Source: Diplonema japonicum (Eukaryota > Protista > Euglenozoa: Diplonemea). Taken from it: a stretch of 64,000 nucleotides of DNA. How positions within the stretch are numbered: the stretch's first letter is position 1; each line of letters opens with the position of its first letter. Both the position numbers and the translations under genes were made by a program. This document shows positions 46,452-59,569 of this stretch, piece after piece. The stretch lies in NCBI GenBank assembly GCA_964019335.1, contig OZ025678.1, forward strand, positions 496,001 through 560,000, written 5' to 3'. The notes beneath the pieces are model-generated. The model was given only the letters and a program-made list of their open reading frames with translations, was not told the DNA's origin and ran no database searches.

Positions 46452-46619
46452 TCAGAAATGAGGATTCTTTTTTCGAGTGCTGAGGCACTATATTTTTTTT
46501 TTCTTCTTCTTCTTGTAGACATGCATCACATCACCCACAGCACAGGAGGTTGGGAGGGAGGGGAGCTCACGATGTGGCGTTTCTTGTTGTTCTTGTTTTC
46601 CTTCCAACTTTTCGAGACG

Positions 46620-47366
46620 ATGTCGTCGAAGTCGCCGAAGACAGACACAAGCAGGTGGCCTGCCGCTCTGCACAATGCAACAGGTGACGAGCTGGAGGGG
46701 TACAGGAGGCTAGCGGAGGAGCAGGTTGGGAATCTGGTGAACGCGAAGCACATGGAGTGTGAGGAGTGGGGACCAAGGAAATGGTGCGGGGGGAAAACAC
46801 GAAGCGGCGGTGCGAAGTTTTGGTTCATGTTTGGGTGCGCCCCGTCTGAAGGGGGCACCTGCAGCGGGATGGCTGGGGAGGTGTCCTTCCAATCTGACAC
46901 TCTCCTGGCTGTTGAAAGACGGATCTCATCTGATGAGGGGTTTCACTCTCTCTTGTTTCTAAAGTCATTTGTCAAAACGGTACTTGGTGCAGCCAATGCA
47001 ACACTTGGGTTGGAAGAGGACGCTTTCACTATGAGGTTGTTCCACTCCAACGTCTCACCTACCAAAGCACCGCCCATCTTACCTTTCTGGGCTTATATAT
47101 CGTTCCTAAATTTTCCGTATATTTTCCTCTACCACCTCTCTACGACCCTCCCCTGGCTCCTTCTCGACTTCGCGCCCATCACCGACCCTAACTTTTTTAT
47201 CCTCCGAGCCCTGCACATCATAATCCTCACCCTGGCAGCCATGCCCTTCGTGCGCTACCCACGCTATGCCATCGCCATCTCTGGCTGTTTCGTCTTCCTC
47301 TCCCAGCTGACCCTCTCCGCCTTCGCTGTCTTCGCCATCTCTCTGCTCCTAGCTAAATTGGATTGA
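46620..47366 (+). CDS. Hypothetical membrane protein
   Basis: ORF with a hydrophobic C-terminus. The start is placed at the ATG following a pyrimidine tract and AG; the ORF is open from 46458. Confidence 0.55.
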   Translation: MSSKSPKTDTSRWPAALHNATGDELEGYRRLAEEQVGNLVNAKHMECEEWGPRKWCGGKTRSGGAKFWFMFGCAPSEGGTCSGMAGEVSFQSDTLLAVERRISSDEGFHSLLFLKSFVKTVLGAANATLGLEEDAFTMRLFHSNVSPTKAPPILPFWAYISFLNFPYIFLYHLSTTLPWLLLDFAPITDPNFFILRALHIIILTLAAMPFVRYPRYAIAISGCFVFLSQLTLSAFAVFAISLLLAKLD

Positions 47367-47691
47367 AAAAAAATAGGGGGGAAAGGGGAAAAGAAAAACA
47401 AAACAAGAAAAAAAGGGATCAAGCACTATAGGTTCATGTGAAAAAACCTTTATTTTTGCTTTTTTTTTTCTCTGACGCTTGGTTTAGCCCCCCTCCTACT
47501 CCGAAAAAAAAAACCAAAGAAATGTTTTTTTTTTTTTGGGAGGGTGGAGTATGCATTTTGTTTTTTTTTATTCATATTTCCAACAAAAGAAAAAAAGAGA
47601 ATTAAAAAAAAAGAAAATCAAAAGATTTTTCATTCCTTTTTACTTAAGCTCTGCAACAGGATAGGGGCATCAGAAGGTAGTGTACGAAAAA

Positions 47692-50600
47692 ATGGATGAG
47701 AAGGTGATCTGGCAGTTGTTGCAAAACTCCAACTCGCCGGATGGGGCGACGAGGAGGCAAGCGGAGCAGGAGCTGAATGATCACAAGACAAAGCCCGGGT
47801 TTCCTAGCCTCGTGCTGCGAATTGTGGGGACGCCGCAGGTTTCTGAGGAGATCAAACTCATCGCCAGTGTGTTTTTGAAGAACATTGCGAAGAACAACTG
47901 GTCGCCCTCCGCTGACAATATCATCACAGCAGAAGACAAAGCGCAGATCAAGCAGATGATAGCAGGTGTGCTGCTGGACGCCCCCCCTGCCGTCAAGCGC
48001 ACGCTCTCCGACGCAATCACGAAAATATGCGAATGCGACTTCCCCAAAGAATGGCCCCATCTCGTCACAGAGCTCGTTACCCGAGCAAGCGCAGCCTTCA
48101 CCGAAAAGAACGTCGACCTCCTCTCCGGCATCCTGACTACGATGCATTCCATCTTCGTCAGGTATAGACAGGCCTTCCTTACAGAAGCCCTAAAGGAAGA
48201 GATCCTCCCCATCATCGCCTCTGTTGGGCCCTGTCTTTTGACCGTCTTAAGCTGGCTCTCCACGGAGACACAAACCCACCACCCTGAAAAACAACTTACA
48301 CTCCTCACCCTGACCAGGATTTGCATCGACATCTACCACGACCTCACCTGCCTAGACCTGGCTCCTTTCATGGAGGACAACATCGGGGGCTTCATGAACA
48401 TCTTCCTTCAGCTCATGAAGTACGACAGTGCAGCGCTTCACACCAAAAGCGCGTACGAGGAAGGCCCCCTGGAGCAGACGAAGGCGTGCATCACCGAGAT
48501 GCTTACGCTCTTCCTGTCACAGTTTGACGAGGACTTCCAGCCCTTCCTCCCTGCCTTTGCGGAGATCATCTGGAGCTCCCTCACGAAGATAACTGACGTA
48601 CCGAAATACGACGAGCTGGCCATCGCAAGCATGGACTTCTTGTCAGCGACCGCAAGGAGCATCCACCACACAGTTTTCAAGGAACCTGCGACCCTGTCCA
48701 CCGTCTGCGAGCAGATCATCATTCCAAACATCAGAATACGGCAGAGCGACGTCGACATGTTCGACGATGAGAGTGAGGACTACATCAGGCGGGACATCGA
48801 GGGCAGCGATCAGCATACTAGGCGCAGGAGCGCTTGCGAGTTCACGCACTCGCTCTGCAAGAATTATCAGTCGGATGTCACTGCGATCTTCCAGGGACAC
48901 GTCACGACCCTTCTCCAGTCCTTCGCCACTACGCAGGACTGGAAAGCCAAGGACTCTGCCATCTACCTCATCACCGCCCTGTCTGTGAAGCAGGCCACCT
49001 CCAACATCGCCCTTTCTGGTGTGCGGAGCACGGAGATGGTCAACGTAGGCGACTTCTTCAACTCCCACATCCTCCCTGAGCTCCAAACGGAGGGCAACGC
49101 CGCAAAGCCAAAGTTCCCTGTTCTTAAGGCCGACGCTATCAAGTTCGTCTCCTCTTTCAGGAACCAGCTGCCCCCTGAGCACCTCCCGCCAGCCATTTCC
49201 CTTCTCAGCGAGTGGCTGTTGTGCGAGTCTGAGGTGGTGCACACCTACGCAGCTGCTACCATCGAAAGGCTGCTGACGATGAGGAACCCAGACGGGACTG
49301 CGCAGATACAAAAGCCTGCAATGGTGCAGCTCACGGGGCCTCTCTTCCAGAACCTGTTCACCGCGCTTGACAAGCAGTTGCGGGAAAACCACTACCTGAT
49401 GATGTGCGTGATGAGGGTTATCAGGACCTCAGAGGAGATCGTCGGTCCGTACATCGGGCCCGTGTTGGCGCCGCTGTCCAAAATCCTGTTTCAGGTGACG
49501 AAGAACCCATCGAACCCTGCCTACAACCACTACCTCTTCGAGTCCATCTCAGGTCTCGTAAAGCACAACCCTGCACAGGTATGCACTACAAGGAGGCGTC
49601 ACATCACCTTAGGTGGCTGACATCGAGAAATCTTTGTTCTCGATGTTCATGAAGATCCTGGAAGCTGACGTCGTGGAGTTCATGCCATACGTGTTCCAGA
49701 TCCTAGCGCAGCTGCTGGAGGCAAGACCCGACGTGCCGCAGTGCTATGGGCAGCTGGTATGAATTATTGCGTTATAACAACATTGCAGACGGGGCTGTTG
49801 GTAAGGTCTGAGCTTTACAAGAGCAAGGGGAACATCCCAGCAGTTATTAGACTGCTGGGCGGTATGCTGTGTGTGGGATTCCTTCTAACCTTTTCCATTT
49901 AGTCTTCATTGCGAAGGAGCCGCAGAAGTTCGCAAACACCGCGTTGCTGGGCGAGACGATGGGGGTGTTCCAGAAGCTCGTCATGTCGAAGACGTTGGAC
50001 AACGAGGGGTTCGAGCTGCTGAATGCCATCATCCAATACGTGCCGTATCAGAGCGTGAAGCCTATGATGCCGACGGTGATGCAGATCATGTTCACAAGGC
50101 TGTCGGGCAGCAAGACGATGAAATTCTGCAAGATGTTGGTGCTGTTCTGCAGCATTTTTATCGTGAAGCACGGAGCCGATGAGCTCATCAGTGTGTCAGA
50201 GACGATGCAGGCTGGTATTTGGAAGATGTTGTTGACCAACGTGTGGGTGCCAAGCGTGAACAAGGTGGACGGCAGCAATTCGAGGAAAGCATGCGCCGCA
50301 GCTTTGATAATTCTGTCGGGATCCCCTGCAATGATGCAGACCTATCAGACAGAATGGGTTTTATGTGTGAAGGCACTTGCGGGTCTCATTGCAGGTGAAA
50401 AGGAAGGCGATGACGAAGGCCACCTGTATGACCGGGCAACGCTCGATGTCAACAACCTGGGGTCAAAGGTATGGGAGAAGAAAAGATTTTAAAAAGAATA
50501 AAAAAAAAACTTTTAGTACGACGATGGGTACACAAACTCGTTCTGTCCTTTGGCGTGTGCTGCAAAGCCCGAGACCGATTTCTGTTCCCACATCCCCGAC

Positions 50601-50723
50601 ATCGCAGCCTACTTCAATGAGAAGTGGACCGCTGTCTTGCAGCTGCCCCAGTTCCCTCAAATGAGCGCTATGCTGCGTACCGTCCTGCCTCCCAACCACC
50701 TGGCTTTCCTCAAACTTGCTTGA
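47692..50723 (+). CDS. CSE1: Exportin-2 / CSE1 (CAS) importin-alpha re-exporter (4 introns)
   Basis: IBN_N (RRQAEQEL..ASVFLKN), DFPKEWPHL, YIRRDIEGSDQHTRRRSA and EFMPYVFQILAQLLE. Introns 49579-49612, 49757-49788, 49862-49902 and 50469-50516. Confidence 0.95.
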
Positions 50724-51452
50724 TTTAGTGACTCTTTTCCACCTACACGAAGTTTTTTTTTGTTTTTTTTTTGTTTTAACAATATTATTGTCGAGACAAC
50801 GAAAACTAAGCTGCTGAGGAACTTCTCTTTTCCTAGGTAGTGTGGACGCAAAAGATGGAGAAAAAAAAAAAAAACAAAAAGAGAGAACATAGGACATCAA
50901 ATATTTTAGTTTTGTTCGTTCTTCGTGGTTTTCCCCCCAACTCTTCCCCCTTCCCCACCCTGGTCTTCATTTCTTTTTTTTTTTTTGTGATTTGTTTTTC
51001 CTACAAAGGGAGGGGGGGGATATGCGTCCCCTGTGATCATGTACCAGTTGTGTATTTTGTCCGATTTCTGCGCCTCTCAATTTTCTTTCTCTTTTTTCTT
51101 TTTTTTTTTCTCCCGCGTATCTTTTGCAAATGGAGAAGGGGGGGTTTTTTTTTTGAGGGCCCCGTTGAATACACATCATCTTCAAAAGAAAAAAAAAGAA
51201 GAAAAAAAAGGAGAAACACAGACGGCATTCATTTTTTATTTTTCCTATTCCCCTTCGATGCCCCTGTCAATTTCTGTTAACTTCCTGCGGTTGCACCTGG
51301 CAAGGTAAAGGTTAGATCACCTGGATTTGTTTCGTCATGAGATTTATTTTTTCCAGTTCTGTGGATGGGGGACAAGGGGGGGGGGGGGGGCGAATAAAAA
51401 ACTATAAATATAAAATAACAACCACCACAGAACAGTTGCCAATGCACAAAAA

Positions 51453-54400
51453 ATGATGAGCAGTGTCGGAAAGAAATTGCAAAGACATGTGTTTACTCTG
51501 CTTGGTACACGATGGGGCCTTGGGCTGCTGCTGCTGATTAGTTTCGTTACCCTGAACTCTGTTCTGCATGCCGCGGAGAAGATCCTAAAGACCAGCATCG
51601 TATGCCCGAAGCCCGCATCAGAGCGGGACTTCAATGACAACATAGCCCGAAGGAGCTACGAGGGCTACCTGTGCCAAGAGCCCATCGACGTTGTGTACAC
51701 CTGGGTGAACGGGAGCGACCCTTGGATGAAGAAGAATGTCCACTACTTCAAGAACGAGTTGCTCGTCGACGACAATAGCACTTTTGACGAAACCAAAACC
51801 TCCGCTTCTCGCTTCCAGGACAACCAAGAGATGCGCTACTCCTTCAGGTCCCTCGTCAGGAACGCAGGCTGGGTGCGCCATATATATGTTGTAACTAACG
51901 GGCAGATCCCTTCCTGGCTCAACATCGACAACCCGAAGATCACCATTGTCCCGCACCACCAGATCTACCCCAATGTCTCTCATGTGCCTGTCTTCGCGTC
52001 GCCCTCCATCGAGTGCCACCTGCACCGCATCCCTGGCCTCTCACGCCGCTTTATCTACATGAACGACGATGTTTTCTTCGGCCGCCCCATCCACCCCGAG
52101 GACTTCTACTCCAACGTCGACGGGCACAGGATCTACCTTTCGTGGCCCGTCCCGAACTGCGCGGAGGGTTGCCCCAGCACATGGGTGGGTGACGGGTACT
52201 GCGACAGGCCTTGCAACTGTACAGAATGCGACTACGACGGCGGTGACTGTGTGGGGAAGAACGCGAAGACCACGACACACAACGTGCCTTCTACCACTTA
52301 TAGCTCGTCGACGCGTGTAGACCAGTGCGGGCAGGGGTGCCCTGACAACTGGTTAGGGGACAAGTTTTGCGACAGAAATTGCAACAACGCCGCATGCGGC
52401 TTCGATGCAGTGGACTGTAGCATCGAGGACGTGCTGACCCTGAACATGCTGCACGTCACACGCGAGGAGAGCGAGTACACGGCGCCCGCAGGGGCCAAGG
52501 CCTTTGCCGTCAACCTGACGGCCATTTTCGACGAAGAGGATACCATCACAGCAGGTGACTACGAAGCATCGGGGACTACGGTGCGTCTGACTTCTGTGTC
52601 GCAGAAGGCCAAAATCATGGTTGTGCTTGTCAGGGAAGACTCGCCACGCTCTGTTGCAACCTTCACCTTGTCGGGCCTACAGGCGGACACGAAAAACCCC
52701 TTGTTCGTGGCCTTCAACGTCACGGTTGGCGGGTCGCTCCCTTCAGTCACCGAGACAGCCACCTTGACGGCCACCGGCAGCGAGACAGAAGTGACTGTGG
52801 AGGACATAGCAACCACTGCCTCTGGCGGCTTTAGGAAATTGCTGTCGATGCGCATAGCGGAGGGCACTACTGCCTACGATGCTGTCGGGATAGGCATGCG
52901 CATGCAGGGGGAGAAGGCTTCAGACGCGGCAGAACGAAGTGCCAGCCAGCTAGTGGAGCCACAGGCGGGGGGCAGCAGGACATGGAGTGCTAAGAAAGCT
53001 TATTTGAAGCACAAGATATTCGAACGTGAAAAACAAGAAGATAGAAATAAAGAGGACTGGCGAGCGCTAGAAAATTTGTGGAGAGAACAATACGGGAGTA
53101 TTCTGACTGAAGAAGAGTTGCGCGAGACGACGTGGAGCACAAGGAGGAAGCTGTTGGATACTTTCGGTGACTCTCTCAAGTACGTCAACAGGCTGATGAA
53201 CACGCGTTTTGGAAACTCGGCAAGGAAGGTCCCTGCCCATATGCCTCATTTCATCGACTCGCAGGTGGTGCGGGAGATGCATGAACAGTGGAATGAACAA
53301 TTCGAAGAAACGTCGGCAAACAGGTTCAGGTCGCCTTTGGACATGCAGTTCTCCTTCACGCATATGTATTGGGTAACACACGCCACGAACGCAAAGAACT
53401 CCTTCAACTTTTTCATCAAAAACCTCGACTTGAACGAGAATGGTGTTTTGGACAAAACCGAGTACCGCCGCACGGCAGTGATGCTCTGGGAGGGCAAGGT
53501 GACACAGGACGACATGCGGGCTGTCCTTGATGCACCGGACCTAGTGCCCGAGGAGCCTGTGCACAGCGACGAGGCATGGAGGTTCTCCAACATTGACGAG
53601 AGCATGGTCGCAAGGTGGCGCGCCAACCTCACCGGAGAGAGCTTCAATCCTGATGTCGATGAGAACGTGGTGACACAGGAGCTGGCAGAGACGAAGTGTG
53701 CGGACTCGCATGAAGCCGATTCTGATTCTGGGGCAGCACCTGTGCTGAGCCCATTTGCTGAAGAGATCATAATTAACAACACACATCTTCCAACCATAAC
53801 GCAGCTGGCCAATACACCGCTGGTCTGCAGCAACCAAAGCATCGAAGTGAACAGGAATGGCAGCATCGTGTACGAGATGCGTGAGGTGTGCGAAAGGGTC
53901 GTTGAGGTGCCGCCCGAAGCCGCACCTGTGGAACCGCCTGTATACGTGTGGAAGCCTCCCTCCGAGGACGATGAGCCAACAATGCCAGCGGAGTACATGA
54001 AGTTGGTGACGCAGCTGATCGAGCTAGCCGCGGCTGGGGTGGGCGTCACGAGGTACATCCGTCCGTCGCTCACCGGGAAGCTGACGGCGTACCACTTCAA
54101 CGACTCTCACTTGGCAGCCTTTCTGCAACGCGGTGAGGAGGAGATGCGGTACAAACACGTGGTGATGCCAGAGGATGAGATCTCGTTCTTCATGATTAGG
54201 GAGAACGCGACGGTGGTACAGCGACAGATGGACCACATGCTGTGGAAGAGGTCGAAGTTCATGTGCATCAACGACAACATGAACCACTCGGACCCTGAGA
54301 ACCAGGAGGTCATTACCGTGTTGCACACTTTCATGAAGGAATACTTTCCAATTGAGACGGAGTTCGAGCACCCTGAAGGGGTGGAGAACACCCACCTGCA

Positions 54401-54732
54401 CACCTTCGAGTATTCACCGGAAAAGCAAGCACAGTATGGGTGGTATACGCCCAAGGGACTGCACCCAGTATTTGCAGCGAGCATGGAAACGAACGGGGAG
54501 AGCCAATCCTATCTTGACATCTTCCGAAGAGTATGCCAACTACTTTGTTCTTCCTTTCAACATAATTACACAGGAATCCTTGATCTTGTACACACGCCAC
54601 AGTGCTGTGTCAGTGCTGTGTGGTGTTTTGATTATTGTATTCGCAGCCCAAAAAGCATTGTCTTTTGTAATCAGCGTGGTCACGAACAGGGCGCCCCCAC
54701 CCCCTCTGCCTTCCGGACTACTTGGTCGTTAG
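51453..54732 (+). CDS. GNPTAB: N-acetylglucosamine-1-phosphotransferase alpha/beta precursor (Stealth family; 1 intron)
   Basis: N-terminal TM, CR1 PIDVVYTWVNGSD, CR2 (SRFQDNQEMRYS..FIYMNDD), two LNR/Notch repeats, RRKLL/DTFGDSL + PAHMPH (CR3), EF-hand and CR4 FMCINDN. Intron 54531-54573 adds a C-terminal TM. Confidence 0.92.
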
Positions 54733-54955
54733 TTACAGTCCGTGTGATAGTGTAATCATGACAGTGTATATTTGTTTGCCTTTTTTTTCTCCCCTGCCTC
54801 CGCAGCCTTGTCTTCCGTGCGCTTCTTTCAGATCTCCTCTGAGAACGCTTCTCGCCGCCTTCTAGGTTGAGGTCAGAAGTGATGAGGTACGCAAATGAAG
54901 GGGTTAAAATCGAGATTCAAGGGGCGAGTTAACAAAAAAAGGAACCAAAAGAAAA

Positions 54956-55186
54956 ATGGGGAAGATCCTGATGCATAGGATGGCCAAGCATCATGGGGTG
55001 CACACTTGTGCGGAGCATCCTTACCCGAAGTGGCGTGAGGATTACCAGCCTTATGAGAGGTTTCCCGAAACGGGCGGCTGCCCGCACCACATCCACGGCA
55101 AGTCTCGCGAGGAAATGCCCGAGATCAGCAAAGCGATGACGACTGTTACACACATTGGGGAAATTCGATCCTTTTTGTATCCATGA
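54956..55186 (+). CDS. Small hypothetical His/Pro-rich protein
   Basis: 76-aa ATG ORF with host-like codon usage after an A-rich leader. No family recognised. Confidence 0.45.
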   Translation: MGKILMHRMAKHHGVHTCAEHPYPKWREDYQPYERFPETGGCPHHIHGKSREEMPEISKAMTTVTHIGEIRSFLYP

Positions 55187-55283
55187 TCCTTTTATTTACA
55201 CTTATAATAGACTTATTCCATGCTTTTGTTCAATCTAGTACTCATTACAGGAAAGCAATTCACGAAAAAGTGATGCTTCTCCC

Positions 55284-58200
55284 ATGGCGTCCCAGCCCCT
55301 CCTCGAGACGTCGCTGACCCTCACAGAGGGCAGCCTTAGCGGTGATGAGACAAGCAAGCCTCCCGAAGAATTCAACCCTATATTTGGGCGCCCCCCTCTC
55401 ATCAGGTTGGAGACCTTGACGTCGTTCAACGTTAGATGGATTTTTGCTGTGTTTTATGTAAGCCTTGGGATGACAATGTACTTCAGAATAGAGGAGAGAA
55501 AGGCGTACTCCTGTTACCCGCTGTGTCCGCAAGAACCGTCGTATGACTCATGCATGATGGATGTGATATCCGCTCGTGATGATGTGGTGACGTGTGCGAA
55601 CAAAACAAACGGGCAGTGGGTGTTTGACCTCCAGAACATGGAGAATTGGAATAGGTGGCTCTATCTGTACGCGGGCCTAGACCAGCTGGCGGAGGCTGAC
55701 AGCGTTACGGTAAATGTGAACTTCACTTTACAGTTCTTGCGGTCCAACGAAACGAAAACCGACAGTATACCAGTTGCCTTCACGTGCCCAGAGAGCGACA
55801 GCGGTAACAGCACAATCAGCTGTGGTGTGGAGTTCCTGAAGAGATACGATGGCGTGCACAACGCGCGGTACTTGATTGTGGACGTTGCTGCCGACGTTGC
55901 ACTATCGGGGCTGCGCTTCGAGGCGCTGACCGGCAACAAAACATTCTCGATAGTCGAGCTGTCATTCAGGTGCCTCATGATTCTCATCACGTTGATCCTC
56001 TTCATAAGGTTGTTCGTTATGTTGAGACTATCCGTTTTTTCATTGTGGCTACCCGAGCACTTGTGGCTTCTATGGGTGCTGCTTGCTATGATCTTTGCGC
56101 TTGACCCCTTCTGGTACTGGGGGCTCACGCACGACGACTTCTCGTCAGCATTCGAGCGCTTCAGCTATTTCGAGAAACAAGTCTTATACGACTTCTGCTC
56201 GGACGTCGTGAAAGCCTTTGAGTTCCTGACGCTGTCGTCCATCCGAGACGCTGCCAATGAAAGCCACTGGATGTTTGATGGAAGGATGTTCAAGCCCGCT
56301 GTGTGGTCTTCAGTGTGGCTGTTTGGCATCACGCTGAACAGGGTAGTGCGTGTCGCGACCATGCCCTGGGATCACAGCACCGACGGCATGCCGAACGACT
56401 TCTTCGTGGTCCCTGACCCGGATGCTGACGACTTCCACTTCGTCGTCATCAAGATCTTGTTCGACTTCGCCTGGTACCTGGCCATCGTGCTGCTAACTGT
56501 GCGTACGTCGAACACACTCGAGAAGCTTCCCTACCTCCAGACCCGCTACCGCCAGCTCACCTTCAGGTTCATTGTGTTCCTGTACCTGTGCTTTGTAGTT
56601 GCGTGGATCCCGCCTTACTTCATCAGGATGTTTCTCGATCACCAGCCTCCTCCCCTCCACATCAACATAGGTGAGCTCTTGGGAAATGCCGCATATACGT
56701 GCATTCTAGCGTACGTACTGACTCCTATCACCGACTACCAGCACAAGCTAGTGTACGTAAACGAGATCCCCGACCCTTCTGACAGGCGGTGGATCAAAGC
56801 TGCCACCTACAACGTTGACCTCATGCGGTTCATGAAGGGGGACCAATCGTTGTTCTTCTTCTTTACTGAAGAAGAGCGAGACACCTTCTACGCATCCACA
56901 GAAAAGGCCTACGACACAGCGGTCGCACAGTGCGCAAGTGAACATTATAAGAATTCAGAAAAACACAGCCTGACAGAAGCCAAAAGGGCCATGGCACGTG
57001 TACGGGAGGTGTTCCACACGGGGATGGACGTTGCCAAGGACAAGGTGATGAAGAGCGCACAGAAAGCGCACGAGTCTGTTGTGCAGCTTCCTACGGCGAT
57101 GGCGGCCTTGCCGAGGAAGTCTAAGGAGGCTGCCGTAAACGCAGCATCGTCGGTGAAGCAGGGTGTGATGCACCCGATGAACACGGCGGCTAGCTTGTCG
57201 AACAGGACATTTGAAATCTGTGAGCAAACTGTCGAGAAGATTCTGTGCAAGTTGGAACCTAACACTAAGCCGCCTGGTGGCCTCACACGCAGTTTCCACG
57301 GCGCGCTGGGTCTTCCTGTCGTCGTGGGAATGCGTGAGGACGACACTTCCATCACCGTCTCCCCGCCGTCGCCTGAACACAGGGCGGAGGAAGCCAGCGA
57401 GCCCGAGTCTCCACTTGGTTCAGAACGGTCCTTTGCCGCTTCCATTTCTTCCAAAAAGTCTCGTAGACCACGCAGCGAGTCGCACTACGCTGCCGTGGGT
57501 TGGTTCCTTGAATGGTACGACAGGATCACGAAAGATATGTTCGGGTACAGCCCCGTGCCTGAGCCTCTCTTCTGCTTGGAGACATCACACAACATGTTCA
57601 ATCTGTCGTGGGAGGCATATTTCCAGGACCCTGAGGAACAGTTGACCGAAGACTTCATCAACGAGGTAGACAAGTCACTAGCAAAGAGGGCTAAAAAGCG
57701 TGAAAAGGAGAAGAAGAAGCGTCTTGAACACAGCTTCAAATCGCTCCGCGATAAAAACAAATTGTCATTGAAAAACCTCTTTAAGAGGTCTAACTCGCCA
57801 CCCACGTTCCGTGACGACGATACGCTCGACTCCACTCAGAGGCGGACGAAGTTCAAGCAGTCGCTACCGGCGCTGGACGTCAGCACTGGGTTGGATGAGG
57901 AGGTACCAAGGTCTACGAGGAACACACCTTTCAATATGCTGCGCAAGAACACGTTCATCAACGAAAAGCACTTGTTGATGAAGCGGCGCGGGAAGGGCTT
58001 TAACGAAAAACATGAGAAGGAAAGAGTGTTGCTTGAGGTGCTTGAGGATAAGGTGTACATTGACGTTGAGCAGTATGGGTACACGCTGGAGGCAGTTGTC
58101 AACAAATCGCAGAATCAGGTGATCGTTGCAGCTAAGGATGACCACATCTCCATCGCCTTCAGAGGCACCTGCAATACGAACAACGTCAAAACCGACCTGA

Positions 58201-59569
58201 CACTCACAAGGCAGAAGCTCGAGCACATCAGTGGGTCCAGCGGATTCCTGGGGAAGCTGGCCACCAAACTTGGCCTGTTCCAGCCCAGGGTGCACGTCGG
58301 CTTCTACAAGGTGTGGATGATCCTTCGCGACGACGTGATCGCAGCCATCAACAGGTTGACATCTGAGCGCCACGTGTCGAAGATATACCTCACAGGGCAT
58401 TCCCTCGGGGGGGCCTTGGCCACCATCGCTGCGTGGGACATCACCAAGTGGGTGACGCGGGAGATAGGTGTTGACAAGTACGGACACCCTGCTGTCAAGA
58501 TCAGCATGTACAACTTCGGCTGCCCCCGTGTGGGCAACCCTGTCTTCAGCAACTACTACAACATGTTCGTTCCCGACTCCTTCCGTGTTGTCAACGATGG
58601 TGATGTCGTGTGCTCGACGCCCCCACGGCTCTACATACCTTTCATCGGTGGGATGTACCGCCACGCTGGTAAACAGGTGATCATCGACTGGAAGGGTAAC
58701 TTTGTAATCCGTCCCGACTTTGTGGAGCGTGCACTTCCGAAGTGGCATTTGCGACGCAGCGACCCCACACGGCATCAGATGGCGGGTGTTGCTGCAGACG
58801 TAGATGCAGGGCGTCAGACTAGCTACAGAAGTGCGCTCAACGCGGTGGCTGCGTACTGCAGGACGGGCACACGGTGCTTTCAGGTTCTGATACAGCGTCT
58901 TGAGGAGTTCGATGAGGACCAGCTGGAGGCGACAGTACGTTTGACCACGACGAATGCAAGGATAGAAAGGTGCACGTCACTCTTCGACACATTAATCATG
59001 CCAGGGGGGGACCCGGAGGCGTCGATGGCTGTGGTGGTGGGCACACTATGTATGGTGAGTGTCGCACGTGTGCAGCGTGGGCTGTGCGCACTTTTGAAGT
59101 CACCGTCAGTTGCGTCGCACGACACGATGCTGAGCATGCCATCGATCATGCAGCACAACGAAAGCAACAGCTCGCCGCTCACGACGCCTCACTTTGCGTC
59201 GCGCACGCAGAGCGTGAGCAGCACCGAGCTTGCTCAGCATCTGCTGCCACAGCGCACACCTTCACAGTCACAGTCGCAGAGCTCGAGCAATGGGAGGCGA
59301 GGATGCGTGTTGACGAGCCCTGTAAGCATCTCGAACCCCTTGGCAAGGTATGAGAATTGCTTTCTTTCACATCATTGCTCAGGAACTCTCAGCAGCTTTC
59401 CTCTGTGAACTCCACGCCCACCACCTCTCGCAGTATTGGCCTAGACACCAACTCCCTACGATACCTCTTGGTGCGGTACGGTGTGGCGGGCCCCGCTCCG
59501 TCGCCTAAGTCTGCGACACCTTCGAGCATCGCCTCCCCCACGCAGCACAGCCATCACATCACCTTGTAG
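55284..59569 (+). CDS. Multi-pass TMEM181/Wntless-like domain fused to a class 3 lipase (1 intron)
   Basis: TM region N.TFSIVELSFR...WLPEHLW..IFALDPF. Lipase motifs IAFRGT, VHVGF, YLTGHSLGGALA, YNFGCPRVGN and RVVNDGDVV. Intron 59348-59382. Confidence 0.82.

Noticed and set aside
32291-50516. Alternative genetic code or readthrough to explain broken host ORFs
   Set aside because: Every break examined in host genes is resolved by a short canonical GT-AG intron.
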